A stretch of DNA of 64,000 nt from a virus, in UHGV virus genome UHGV-0289908, one strand, 5' to 3'. The position numbers were made by a program, and so were the translations under genes. Shown here one piece after another: positions 58,101 through 64,000 of this stretch (positions within the stretch are counted from its first letter, which is position 1; every line of letters starts with the position of its first letter). Under the pieces are notes generated by a model. It was given only the letters and a program-made list of their open reading frames with translations, was not told the DNA's origin and ran no database searches.

Positions 58101-58749
58101 TATTATATTTGTGAATAAGCTCTAAAGACTTTTGAAGTTTTGCATAAGCAGATGTTCTTTTCTTGTCGAGCTTTTCTTCCTCTTTTGTAAGAAGTCTTGC
58201 ATTTTCTAGCTTTTGTTTTTCAATGGTAGAGTTTTGAAGACTACTGTTTGTCAGTCCTTTTGCTTTCAGAGCCTTCTCTTTTTCTCGAATAAGTTTCTGA
58301 GTCTCTTTGACTTCACTAGCGATAGACTCTTGTTTTTTCTTTGAAACCGACACACTCTCAGCTTGCAATTTTCCAACTTTTTCATAAAGTTGTCGGATTT
58401 CCTCATAGCGTGCTTTTTGTACTTTTAACGCTTCTGTGGCAATCTTTGTTTGTTCGACCTGCATTGTTCCATCTTCAAGAACCTTATGTTGGACTGTCAT
58501 AATCTGTCCATATTGATTCATTAATTGAGTGGTCATACTGGTCAATTCATTGTTTTTCCCCATCTTGAAAGATTGGTTGACAAATTTATTAAACTCTTTC
58601 GCCATGTCGTCGAAGTTAATTTTTAATCCTCCAACCTCCATGGTTGTTTTCTTACCAATATCATTGACTGCCTTTTGGACATTCCTAATGGATTGTGCTT
58701 GGTCAACTTCAAGCGTCATATTGACACTTAACGGCTTGTTTCCATCCAT
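52189..58749 (-). CDS. Tail tape measure protein (2186 aa)
   Basis: Very long ORF, mostly alpha-helical or coiled coil (Q/E/K/L-rich), with a central hydrophobic Gly/Ala/Met-rich core (GAMIIRRLW...SMIDGFTG...ISAVVTVIG). Its position between the chaperone-like genes and Dit fits a tape measure. Confidence 0.8.
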   Translation of the reverse strand: MDGNKPLSVNMTLEVDQAQSIRNVQKAVNDIGKKTTMEVGGLKINFDDMAKEFNKFVNQSFKMGKNNELTSMTTQLMNQYGQIMTVQHKVLEDGTMQVEQTKIATEALKVQKARYEEIRQLYEKVGKLQAESVSVSKKKQESIASEVKETQKLIREKEKALKAKGLTNSSLQNSTIEKQKLENARLLTKEEEKLDKKRTSAYAKLQKSLELIHKYNMQSVNANEQDLVVLEKKKAVATSLRNSAQGAINRGGLSDNKLNEQITQLKEIQALELRAAQQKAEQKTLNDELIALDSRRLATKKQLEQIGDDDNARAVLEKQLEEQSLAVFQKRAEIEQKGLMTQQTENTLLQKQLDLENQIEVSKAKQLTASQKEQAEVEKLIARTQKSMGVDVKNSLNKNSKYITSQDLVAVEKFQQKLKQLNGTSLKDVRSQISDLKLQWKEINSNIQANKLKQTSTAVGELGQSFKYLATYVSGAMIIRRLWNELKKGITHIKEVDQAFTNMSMTMESLTKNQFNTMLDKVNTMSKEMGAVSSDVLKIAQTFANDSTTIEAVMAKLAPSTALMNISGMQATDVTKSIMSIANSYQMLDAEGRNAAEVTEYLGDVLSKVSANMDMDFQEGLQGLVNGIGVAGSTMKAAGVDMEWFVGQLGNAMVATGQSADKLGRGMRTITARVMQQKQALEELGESTEGIELEFAKGEKALKQLGITIRDTNSGELKSFSSIMDELGGKWKNLSDSTKYYMAEQLAGKNQMDIFIGMMDSYDTALGLVNNAYDAQGTLMEMNGIYADSLQGKLNTLKSAQQELFQTFINTDGFKSMIDGFTGTINGVTTVIDKFGALPTVIATSTMGFLSFNNAGKLVRDNIMGMIPQMKSMTTELQLQSAKYQKVIDTQKTYIDLTTTKIQKLQAMGKDTSYLTAKLQGFNTTLKASQIQLVATTVKTVALQAAMSMGLSIAISAVVTVIGKLIEGFKNYTDYAGRAKEATENISNLSSDIQSRLNGNIKETISKLDEMIKKYNDINTSQEEKAELSSQINTLKQELIGYDNEYASILENENLSYQEQLGLIKQINKEKALENAKALDKELDKQSDLKGTNEWYLNQLNLNDSNIKELEKAIANAVDGMGVFNGQNLSVDKLKEILSAQKEAFQEHYLFLLDWNGNVQTMLDAGWETDKQMVSLEEYAKNFEKFATEVDKVVSGETEAAKAVQTVDDKISALTNTFSNLSNEQLKYADTISDIRGTIQELGGDAEAQATVVQRFLGAFPQYEGVVENVSDLLGVLGDKATIELGKAQAQAKNFLETMKDMENYTPDVAEQLIEAYPELAGHIQDTAYVQEFLNDKISEMDNLYGMVMNQVDVHRTAQEEILANDAEFWNEKMKNSENFLQYQRAIENKLISLGAESLGIQYDDFAQYVESKGGLRDVDYSSATSLAEAENMTEAQKLQSMLKMYSQYVNEKDGYRSADSELINEFLNWQGGAEAGTIEELAKMWASFYNAKKKEIQNNLKQLSTAIDKSAGMYQDLGNVSAKDMAEWNKLNAQLRELDRITNSLNSGNLFSDIKTTFKGTGAGTYKGGSLGSSGLNTKPSSGSSSSSSTEKIVEDLDLVIDRYYELNDAIDDVNNALEMNRQLQKMATNVATTKKLHEEEIKLLNEKLEATKKLQLEQRNDMLDHKNLLSTAGFSFDGDGNLTNYSSRLKELQNYANSLSGDAKEAQIAYVNSIVDIIDAYTTLTNDSLPSTELAIEQLIKEIEDVNKEHEKTLKLVEALGDRYYEINGLINDVDKKLALNQAKQENANASERVRLMEEEIALMKEKQDLLRQQSSELQEEAEELAKKLSEKGVEFNADGTVANYKELMDKFKVVANDYVGEYRDEVLDEAEELIDLIKQYDDIIRNTLPDLEVEWEEYTTAIREAEKAMAQQVTDIQKDITSAIQNELQKRTEAVKTELQKQKDAYNKQFDEEDWEDSLTEQQRKLDEIQQAINSMSRDTSLAGKLKLQQLREEYEAQQKVIDDMIRDKEKENGNNRFDEEMEKAEQELEEALDAQNIADLVNKALVDGFVTIGDEIIQLDTLMTDWLNETGDGLYAIGNTLREELIENLRVAQELMAGMGITSVGVSTVDQNTLLKNLEETLNATLTTTSGGNTGQKLDISIGSLVEVQGNVTEDVLPKLESMISTAKEELIEEIASELMKR

Positions 58750-58855
58750 GTTTTATCACTTCCTTATCTCGTTTTAGGAGTAACTGCACCGCTAAAACTC
58801 CCGAATAATTCGGGATGTTTTTTGCGATAAAATCTCGATTTTACAGTATTTTTCT

Positions 58856-58899
58856 AAAAAAAGAGATAAGAAAGCTCTAAAACAAAGCTACCTTATCTC
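58856..58899 (-). terminator. Rho-independent terminator-like hairpin with a long loop, downstream of the 147-aa gene
   Basis: On the - strand: GAGATAAGG ... loop ... CTTATCTC (stems at + coordinates 58863-58870 and 58892-58899) followed by T7. Confidence 0.45.
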
Positions 58900-58947
58900 T
58901 CCTTATGTTTGTGTTCTTTTAACTTCATGTTTTACACCTCTTCAAAT

Positions 58948-59391
58948 TTAGTGTATACTCATTTTAAAATCAACTTTAATCCCATGCTGTGCGAACTTCT
59001 CTGTTATCACTGTTGGGAGCTCTCTGCGTAAAACTTCACGAGTTGCTTCATAAAAATCTCGCTTCATTGGCATGGTAGGTGTTCCATTGACAATCATTAC
59101 ATCAAGGAAATATCCATCTGCTCGACCACTTGGTTCTGTGATGTTTTTGACAGATATCTCAATCGTATTGCCATATACGTCTATTGTCGAATCGAAATTG
59201 GTAGGGTCTGCAAGACCACCTTTCTCATATCTTCGTTCATATCGCTTTGGAACGTAGACATTGTAGACTTCTCTATCAATGACCTCTAACATCGTAGGGA
59301 TAATCTCATCGTCTATAATCTCTTGCATTACCTGTTCCGCACTCTTTTGAATATACTTGAACAGGGCATTGAGATTGTTAAACTTAGGCAT
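58948..59391 (-). CDS. Tail assembly-associated protein (147 aa). Its ATG overlaps the stop of the upstream gene (TAATG).
   Basis: Position between the major tail protein and the tape measure. The function is inferred from gene order only. Confidence 0.35.
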   Translation of the reverse strand: MPKFNNLNALFKYIQKSAEQVMQEIIDDEIIPTMLEVIDREVYNVYVPKRYERRYEKGGLADPTNFDSTIDVYGNTIEISVKNITEPSGRADGYFLDVMIVNGTPTMPMKRDFYEATREVLRRELPTVITEKFAQHGIKVDFKMSIH

Positions 59392-59960
59392 TATTTAACA
59401 CCCAATTCTGCTAATTGAGCTTGAAGCTCTGCAATCTTTGCTTCTTTCTCTGCTCGTGCTTTAGCTTCCATGTCTTCCACAATATCTTTGGCAATCATTT
59501 CAGTTGCATGTGGGTTGGATTGTAGGGTTCGTTGTGTTGCAATAAATGTTTCAAAAATAGACATTAAGATTTTGTCCACCTCAATCTTAATTGCAACAAA
59601 TACATCATTAGGATTTGCGACTACTGATTCAATTAATTCTTTATCTTCTAAGTCGATTTCTAAATCTGTAAACATTACAAATAACTGCATAATTAAATCA
59701 GCTTCTGTAATATTGATACTAACTGCCCCATCTTCGACAACAATGTTATCTTTTAATTTTTCCAACATTGCTTGTTTATCTTCTAAAGTAGCAGAGTACA
59801 CTTTTGTTAAACGGTCTTTATCTGTTGTTTCAATAATAGATTGAAACTCAGATGGGTTGAAGTATTTAATTGCGTCTCCAACAGAATCTTCAATAATTAA
59901 GCATTTAATTTGACGCTCTCCATCGTCTTTACGCATTTTTAGTGATTGTAATTTTGCCAT
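59391..59960 (-). CDS. Tail assembly chaperone-like protein (189 aa, acidic, coiled-coil C-terminus)
   Basis: Lies immediately upstream of the tape-measure region. Acidic protein with a coiled-coil tail (AKARAEKEAKIAELQAQLAELG). The function is inferred from gene order. Confidence 0.4.
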   Translation of the reverse strand: MAKLQSLKMRKDDGERQIKCLIIEDSVGDAIKYFNPSEFQSIIETTDKDRLTKVYSATLEDKQAMLEKLKDNIVVEDGAVSINITEADLIMQLFVMFTDLEIDLEDKELIESVVANPNDVFVAIKIEVDKILMSIFETFIATQRTLQSNPHATEMIAKDIVEDMEAKARAEKEAKIAELQAQLAELGVK

Positions 59961-60019
59961 TTTTATTCCCCTTTCATTTTCATATCCCTATTTAATCACA
60001 CGAATAGTTGTCATGTGAT

Positions 60020-60051
60020 TAAATAGAGAAGGGTGAGAACACCCTCCTTCT
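60020..60051 (-). terminator. GC-rich hairpin (partial terminator) directly after the major tail protein gene
   Basis: On the - strand: GAGAAGGAGGGTG ttc TCACCCTTCTC followed by TATTT. Confidence 0.5.
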
Positions 60052-60057
60052 CAACAA

Positions 60058-60951
60058 CTATCCTTGGTTTACAGGAACGTAAGCTAAGAATCCTAAGTTA
60101 TCGTGGTCGCTGTGTTTTAACACTGTGAAGCTAGTTGCGATAGCTGATTCTGATTTTTCTGCTGTTGCTTCATCAGCGAAGTCAGTAGAGAATGAAGCAC
60201 GGTAGAATTTCCATACTTTTTCACATACAACTTTTTGAGCCGCATTTGATTGAGGACGAGTGATAGTGATTGATACGTCACGTCCAGAGCTTGAAGCAGG
60301 GATATCCACTTTTTCAGCTTGAACAGAGTATTTGTAAGAACCAACTAATACAGTATCTCCTTCTTCTGCTCCCTCGGTAATTGTTAATTTTTTACTAGAT
60401 AATGACGCTTCAATAACTTCGCCAGTCTTTTTGTTGTAAACAACTGGAGCTCCACCTACTGGAGTTTGGTCTAAGTCAATAGCCTTTTCTGCTCCCACTC
60501 GGTAGTTTTTAGGGAATGCTTCTAACTCAACAGTAGCAGTCTCTAAAGTTCCACCTAATTTTAACGCTAACCAGTCACGCTTAGCTTGAATGTCAGTAAC
60601 TTCAACAGTGATTTCGCTGTCCCCAACAATTTCTAACCATTGAGTGTTGTCACGACCTGCTCGCACTGGAGTTTTTGTTGCAGTTTTGTTAACGTTTGTT
60701 GACTTTAATGAACCAGAGAACATTTCTAAACCAGTTTCTAAATCTGTTACATGAATCTCTCCGATAGTCATGTCGTATAGTTCTTCTGTTAAGAACTTAT
60801 TTGCTTTTGCCATCGTATTACCTCCTGTTCGTGGTTCTACACTTACGACTTGAGGAGTGTCCTCATTAACCACGAATTGTTCTTCTATTTCTAACTGTGC
60901 CATCATAGGAATGGCACGGTCGTAAGTTGCTCGCTTTTTCTTCTTTGCCAT
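60058..60951 (-). CDS. Major tail protein. Two in-frame starts, each with a consensus RBS: 60951 gives 297 aa and 60813 gives 251 aa.
   Basis: Position directly upstream of the chaperone-like genes and the tape measure. Size and beta-rich composition fit. RBS AGGAGG lies 5 nt before ATG 60951 and AGGAGG 7 nt before ATG 60813. Confidence 0.5.
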   Translation of the reverse strand: MAKKKKRATYDRAIPMMAQLEIEEQFVVNEDTPQVVSVEPRTGGNTMAKANKFLTEELYDMTIGEIHVTDLETGLEMFSGSLKSTNVNKTATKTPVRAGRDNTQWLEIVGDSEITVEVTDIQAKRDWLALKLGGTLETATVELEAFPKNYRVGAEKAIDLDQTPVGGAPVVYNKKTGEVIEASLSSKKLTITEGAEEGDTVLVGSYKYSVQAEKVDIPASSSGRDVSITITRPQSNAAQKVVCEKVWKFYRASFSTDFADEATAEKSESAIATSFTVLKHSDHDNLGFLAYVPVNQG

Positions 60952-60952
60952 A

Positions 60953-61714
60953 TTATCCTCCTAATGCCCTTTGTAAGTCTGCGTCGGCTTTCTTGTCTGC
61001 CTTAACAAAGAACTTATCCCATGCGTTTGGATTTGATAATGTTTCCAATGCCTTGTAAGTATTAATATTATCAACCTTTGCTCCCTGTGCTCGATAAGGA
61101 TGGATTGATTCATTGAAGTCAATTCTCTGAAACATCTCATTGTCACAGCGTAGTTGATAGTATGTATAGTCCTTCATTTGAGAAGGTAGGATTTGTTTTT
61201 TGTTGCACACATAGACCAACATGGATTGAAAGTCAAACTCTCCTCCAGACTTATTTCGAACCTTTACTGCTTTGTCGATTAACTTTTGAGTATACTCATC
61301 CTCCACAATCAATGGTTCAAACATTAGGTTTTGACGCATAATAACTTCACGAATTGCGTCATAGTTGTGTTGATTGACAACTCCTGTGTCTTCAATTACA
61401 ACTCCCCAATGACCTCTATCATCCATTTCCAGAGTTGACTTTCGTTTGGTGACAAGTTCAAACATTCTTTCGAAGTTTTTTATTGCCTTGCAGTCAGTGT
61501 CTTGTTTTTCCAAAACCTCTGTTGCGATAATGGATATAACTAATTCAAACAGCTTCATTTTCTTTTGGGGTTTGAGTCGATAATTAATAAAGTTGTAGCC
61601 ATATAATAAATACTTGCTTCCTACTTCATTAAACTCTTCCCAATCAAGAACGCTAATGGGGAATAACTCTATGCCGTCAACTATTTCGCTTTTGCCTAAG
61701 TAGTCTTTAATCAT
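60953..61714 (-). CDS. Hypothetical virion (head-tail joining region) protein
   Basis: ORF in the structural block. No motif recognised. Confidence 0.35.
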   Translation of the reverse strand: MIKDYLGKSEIVDGIELFPISVLDWEEFNEVGSKYLLYGYNFINYRLKPQKKMKLFELVISIIATEVLEKQDTDCKAIKNFERMFELVTKRKSTLEMDDRGHWGVVIEDTGVVNQHNYDAIREVIMRQNLMFEPLIVEDEYTQKLIDKAVKVRNKSGGEFDFQSMLVYVCNKKQILPSQMKDYTYYQLRCDNEMFQRIDFNESIHPYRAQGAKVDNINTYKALETLSNPNAWDKFFVKADKKADADLQRALGG

Positions 61715-62393
61715 ATCGAGATTCCCCGCCTAGTTCATCTTCATCTACATGACCACCTAATACGATTACATAAAATGGGATAGTCATCCCCATGTATCCA
61801 GATGTTCCAACACGTAAATCGGTCACATCTCCTGCAAGATGAATAGTACAATCTCCCGTGAACTCTCGTGCCTCTCCCTCAACAGATTTTTCATCCAAGA
61901 GGTCTACGATTTCGCAGGCGATTGAATTAGCTCGTTCTTCATATAAGCTATCTAATTGGTTGAATTCAATCGGGTAGATAATGTCAATGTTAAAGAAGTG
62001 TTTTCCAACAATATTGTCTACTCCATAACTTAGTCGTCCACTGACCATGTTTGGATTAAACGTGCTTTTATGACAATGAACATAGATACTAACCTGTCTA
62101 TCAGATAATACCTCACCGCTGAAAGCATAGTCGTATAAAATACGCTTGTCAGCAGTTTCGCTTACATTGTCATTGGTAGTGGGGAATCTTAAACTGTCTA
62201 CTAGGTCTGGTTGTTTGACCTTATCCCCATTGTATCCCACCCCTCTATTTAACAAAGGAGTGCGTGTATAGTATCGAGACAGTCGCTTAATCTTTTGCGA
62301 ATTATCAATAAGCTCCATCATGTAGAGCTTAAGTGGGACAATTCGTTTCAGTTTCGCACTTTTCTTCCCCATGTATTTGTTATTTCCATTCAT
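61707..62393 (-). CDS. Hypothetical virion (head-tail joining region) protein
   Basis: The ORF overlaps its downstream neighbour by 8 nt. Confidence 0.35.
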   Translation of the reverse strand: MNGNNKYMGKKSAKLKRIVPLKLYMMELIDNSQKIKRLSRYYTRTPLLNRGVGYNGDKVKQPDLVDSLRFPTTNDNVSETADKRILYDYAFSGEVLSDRQVSIYVHCHKSTFNPNMVSGRLSYGVDNIVGKHFFNIDIIYPIEFNQLDSLYEERANSIACEIVDLLDEKSVEGEAREFTGDCTIHLAGDVTDLRVGTSGYMGMTIPFYVIVLGGHVDEDELGGESRYD

Positions 62394-62403
62394 AAGAATC
62401 CCC

Positions 62404-63294
62404 CTAACAAATCATGATATCTTTTTCATATGCGATTCCTGTTTCATCTGTAGCGGTTAAAGTGACCCATCCTCGCTTTGTCCCTCGCAATTCTACAGAG
62501 GTTTCCGTCACAGATGTAGTTGTTGCAATGCTTGAATCATCAACACTCCAAATCACAGGTTTATCTATTGTGTATGTGCGAGATTCATGAAGTCTAATTC
62601 TCTCGTCTCCAATGATTTCAGAAGGAGTGGCATTTTCAATGGCTTCTTCGTATGCGTTCCATGCAATGTTATTCGCAAAATCGTCCATAGGCATTGCTTC
62701 ATCCCTTTGAGCGACACAAGTTAGCATGTTTGGATAAACTAAGTCGTCTAACTCGGTAATCTTGTATATGTATTTATTTGCGAACATAACACGCTGTCCA
62801 ATGAACATTTTGTCGGTGACTGCATTGCGTTGAATATAAATCTTAGTCTTAGAGTCCAATTCATAAAATTTGTCTTGGTCTAAAATACCCTTTGAACCAT
62901 ATGTTGTAGAGTTTGTATAACAAGGAATAGGGTAGTCCACTCCTCGGAAATTCAATTCTCGATTACATAGGTAGCAGTCTGCTTTTGGCAAAACCACGTC
63001 TGTATTTACCTCTTTGACAATGTAGGTCTTGTCATTGTATAAGATGTATGAACCTGTTTTTGCGGTTGTGTTTGGACGTAATAAAATATACTTCTGTAAT
63101 TCGCTAGTCCCACTTCGGACAATAATGTCAATGTCTCTAGGCTCTTCCCCATCCTCTTTTAAAGTTGCGGGGAAGTAACCTTGAGCCGAAACAAAGTTTC
63201 GATTTATTGTTTTCTTTGCGGTTATTTCTCGGGTTGCGTGCACACTGGCTTCGCTCCCCAACATTCTTTTTTTGTAAAGCTCCAGATAAGACAT
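62404..63294 (-). CDS. Structural protein with a C-terminal bacterial Ig-like (Big_2) domain
   Basis: C-terminal YTIDKPVIWSVDDSSIATTTSVTETSVELRGTKRGWVTLTATDETGIAYEKDIMI is Big_2-like. Confidence 0.4.
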   Translation of the reverse strand: MSYLELYKKRMLGSEASVHATREITAKKTINRNFVSAQGYFPATLKEDGEEPRDIDIIVRSGTSELQKYILLRPNTTAKTGSYILYNDKTYIVKEVNTDVVLPKADCYLCNRELNFRGVDYPIPCYTNSTTYGSKGILDQDKFYELDSKTKIYIQRNAVTDKMFIGQRVMFANKYIYKITELDDLVYPNMLTCVAQRDEAMPMDDFANNIAWNAYEEAIENATPSEIIGDERIRLHESRTYTIDKPVIWSVDDSSIATTTSVTETSVELRGTKRGWVTLTATDETGIAYEKDIMIC

Positions 63295-63716
63295 TACTCC
63301 TCATCCTCCTCGGGATATGTAAGAGCATAGTCATAATCCGTAACTAGGTTATTGTACTCAATCTCTGAATCATTTTTTAATGCACGCATTTCCGCCAATA
63401 GTCCAGAGTTACTAAAAGTTGTAGTATCCTTTGACGCAAGCTGAGTCTCCAAAAACTCATAGTTGTAAATCTTAGGTGATAACCAGTAAATCATCATTCC
63501 ATGGGCAAGAATGAGGGCTTCTGTATCATTTAATTCACGAGTAAACTCTTGTGTCTCTTTATCGAACTGTACCTTCTTAATAACTCGTGTGCGTGCAAGT
63601 ACCATTCGAACCTTAATTCCTAACTCCAGTTTAAGTTCATCAAGACTATACTCAATGTACTTTGCTTCTGAAAGAAGGTTAAGGAACATATCAATGACAT
63701 CATCAAACGTATTCAT
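63294..63716 (-). CDS. Hypothetical head-tail connector region protein with an acidic C-terminus
   Basis: ORF only. Confidence 0.3.
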   Translation of the reverse strand: MNTFDDVIDMFLNLLSEAKYIEYSLDELKLELGIKVRMVLARTRVIKKVQFDKETQEFTRELNDTEALILAHGMMIYWLSPKIYNYEFLETQLASKDTTTFSNSGLLAEMRALKNDSEIEYNNLVTDYDYALTYPEEDEE

Positions 63717-63751
63717 TAAATCACCCCTCTATAACGAGGGGCAACCCCTCG

Positions 63752-63985
63752 CTAGTAATCAAAGTCTTTGCTTAATAATTCTTCGAATTTACGAATGACC
63801 AAAATATCTCGTAATTCTTTATTTTCTACTTTTTCGTCAATTAAACGTGCCAAAGTTCCTTTGAATCCTTTTGTTAGCTGATTAACGTCTGCTTCAATTT
63901 GGTCTAAAGGCAGAGTAACGAAAGTATCAATGTCTTGAACTCGTTCAATTAGGTCATACATATCTTTTAATCCCATTGCTTCCAC
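63752..63985 (-). CDS. Hypothetical protein, possibly truncated by the window edge (its start may lie beyond 64000)
   Basis: ORF only. Confidence 0.25.
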   Translation of the reverse strand: MEAMGLKDMYDLIERVQDIDTFVTLPLDQIEADVNQLTKGFKGTLARLIDEKVENKELRDILVIRKFEELLSKDFDY

Positions 63986-64000
63986 TACTTCTGGGTCATC

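Noticed and set aside
59391-59960. A canonical -1 programmed frameshift G/GT chaperone pair upstream of the tape measure
   Set aside because: The downstream 147-aa ORF has its own ATG overlapping the stop (TAATG). It is followed by a terminator-like hairpin and a 198-nt gap before the tape measure. I found no obvious slippery heptamer at the 3' end of the 189-aa gene by eye. The genes are therefore called only as chaperone-like, based on position.

Overview
The window is AT-rich and phage-like in gene density and arrangement. I read it as part of a large temperate siphovirus or prophage of a low-GC Firmicute, with an architecture that recalls SPbeta-like Bacillus phages. That comparison is from memory and is not verified.

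Positions 1 to about 18.7 kb, + strand: an early DNA-metabolism module.
- The genes are: an acidic-tailed protein, a free-standing HNH-AP2 homing endonuclease, a DnaG-like primase that looks frameshifted, a RecJ-like DHH exonuclease, a sigma-70-family sigma factor, a 1371-aa PHP/DnaE-like DNA polymerase III alpha, a RecD2-like helicase, the class III anaerobic ribonucleotide reductase NrdD, its activase NrdG, a dUTPase, and a secreted 3D-domain protein.
- NrdD is split by a ~970-nt group I-type intron that carries a GIY-YIG endonuclease gene.
- Four operons are each preceded by a consensus sigma-A-type promoter (TTGACA/T, then 17-18 nt, then TGnTATAAT). Each promoter has an invariant 15-mer, TAAAATATTATAAAA, immediately upstream of its -35 box.
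- Two of these promoters are interlocked with rho-independent terminators.

Positions 18.75 to 64 kb, - strand: one uninterrupted block.
- In direction of transcription it carries head-tail joining genes, a major tail protein, two small tail-assembly proteins, a 2186-aa tape measure, Dit, and a 1138-aa Tal with a His-rich 11-aa tandem repeat.
- Next come a 1326-aa tail protein, a 352-aa tail protein, and a 2639-aa giant fibre with collagen-like and ~250-aa repeats.
- Then three paralogous modular receptor-binding proteins with three XkdX-like small genes, a lipase_3-like hydrolase, and an Ig/PKD-repeat protein.
- The block ends with a tyrosine recombinase embedded just upstream of an amidase and a BhlA-like holin.

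No rRNA, tRNA or CRISPR was recognised by eye.

Coordinates of - strand CDS are given low..high, with the start codon at the high end. The ORF track includes the stop codon.
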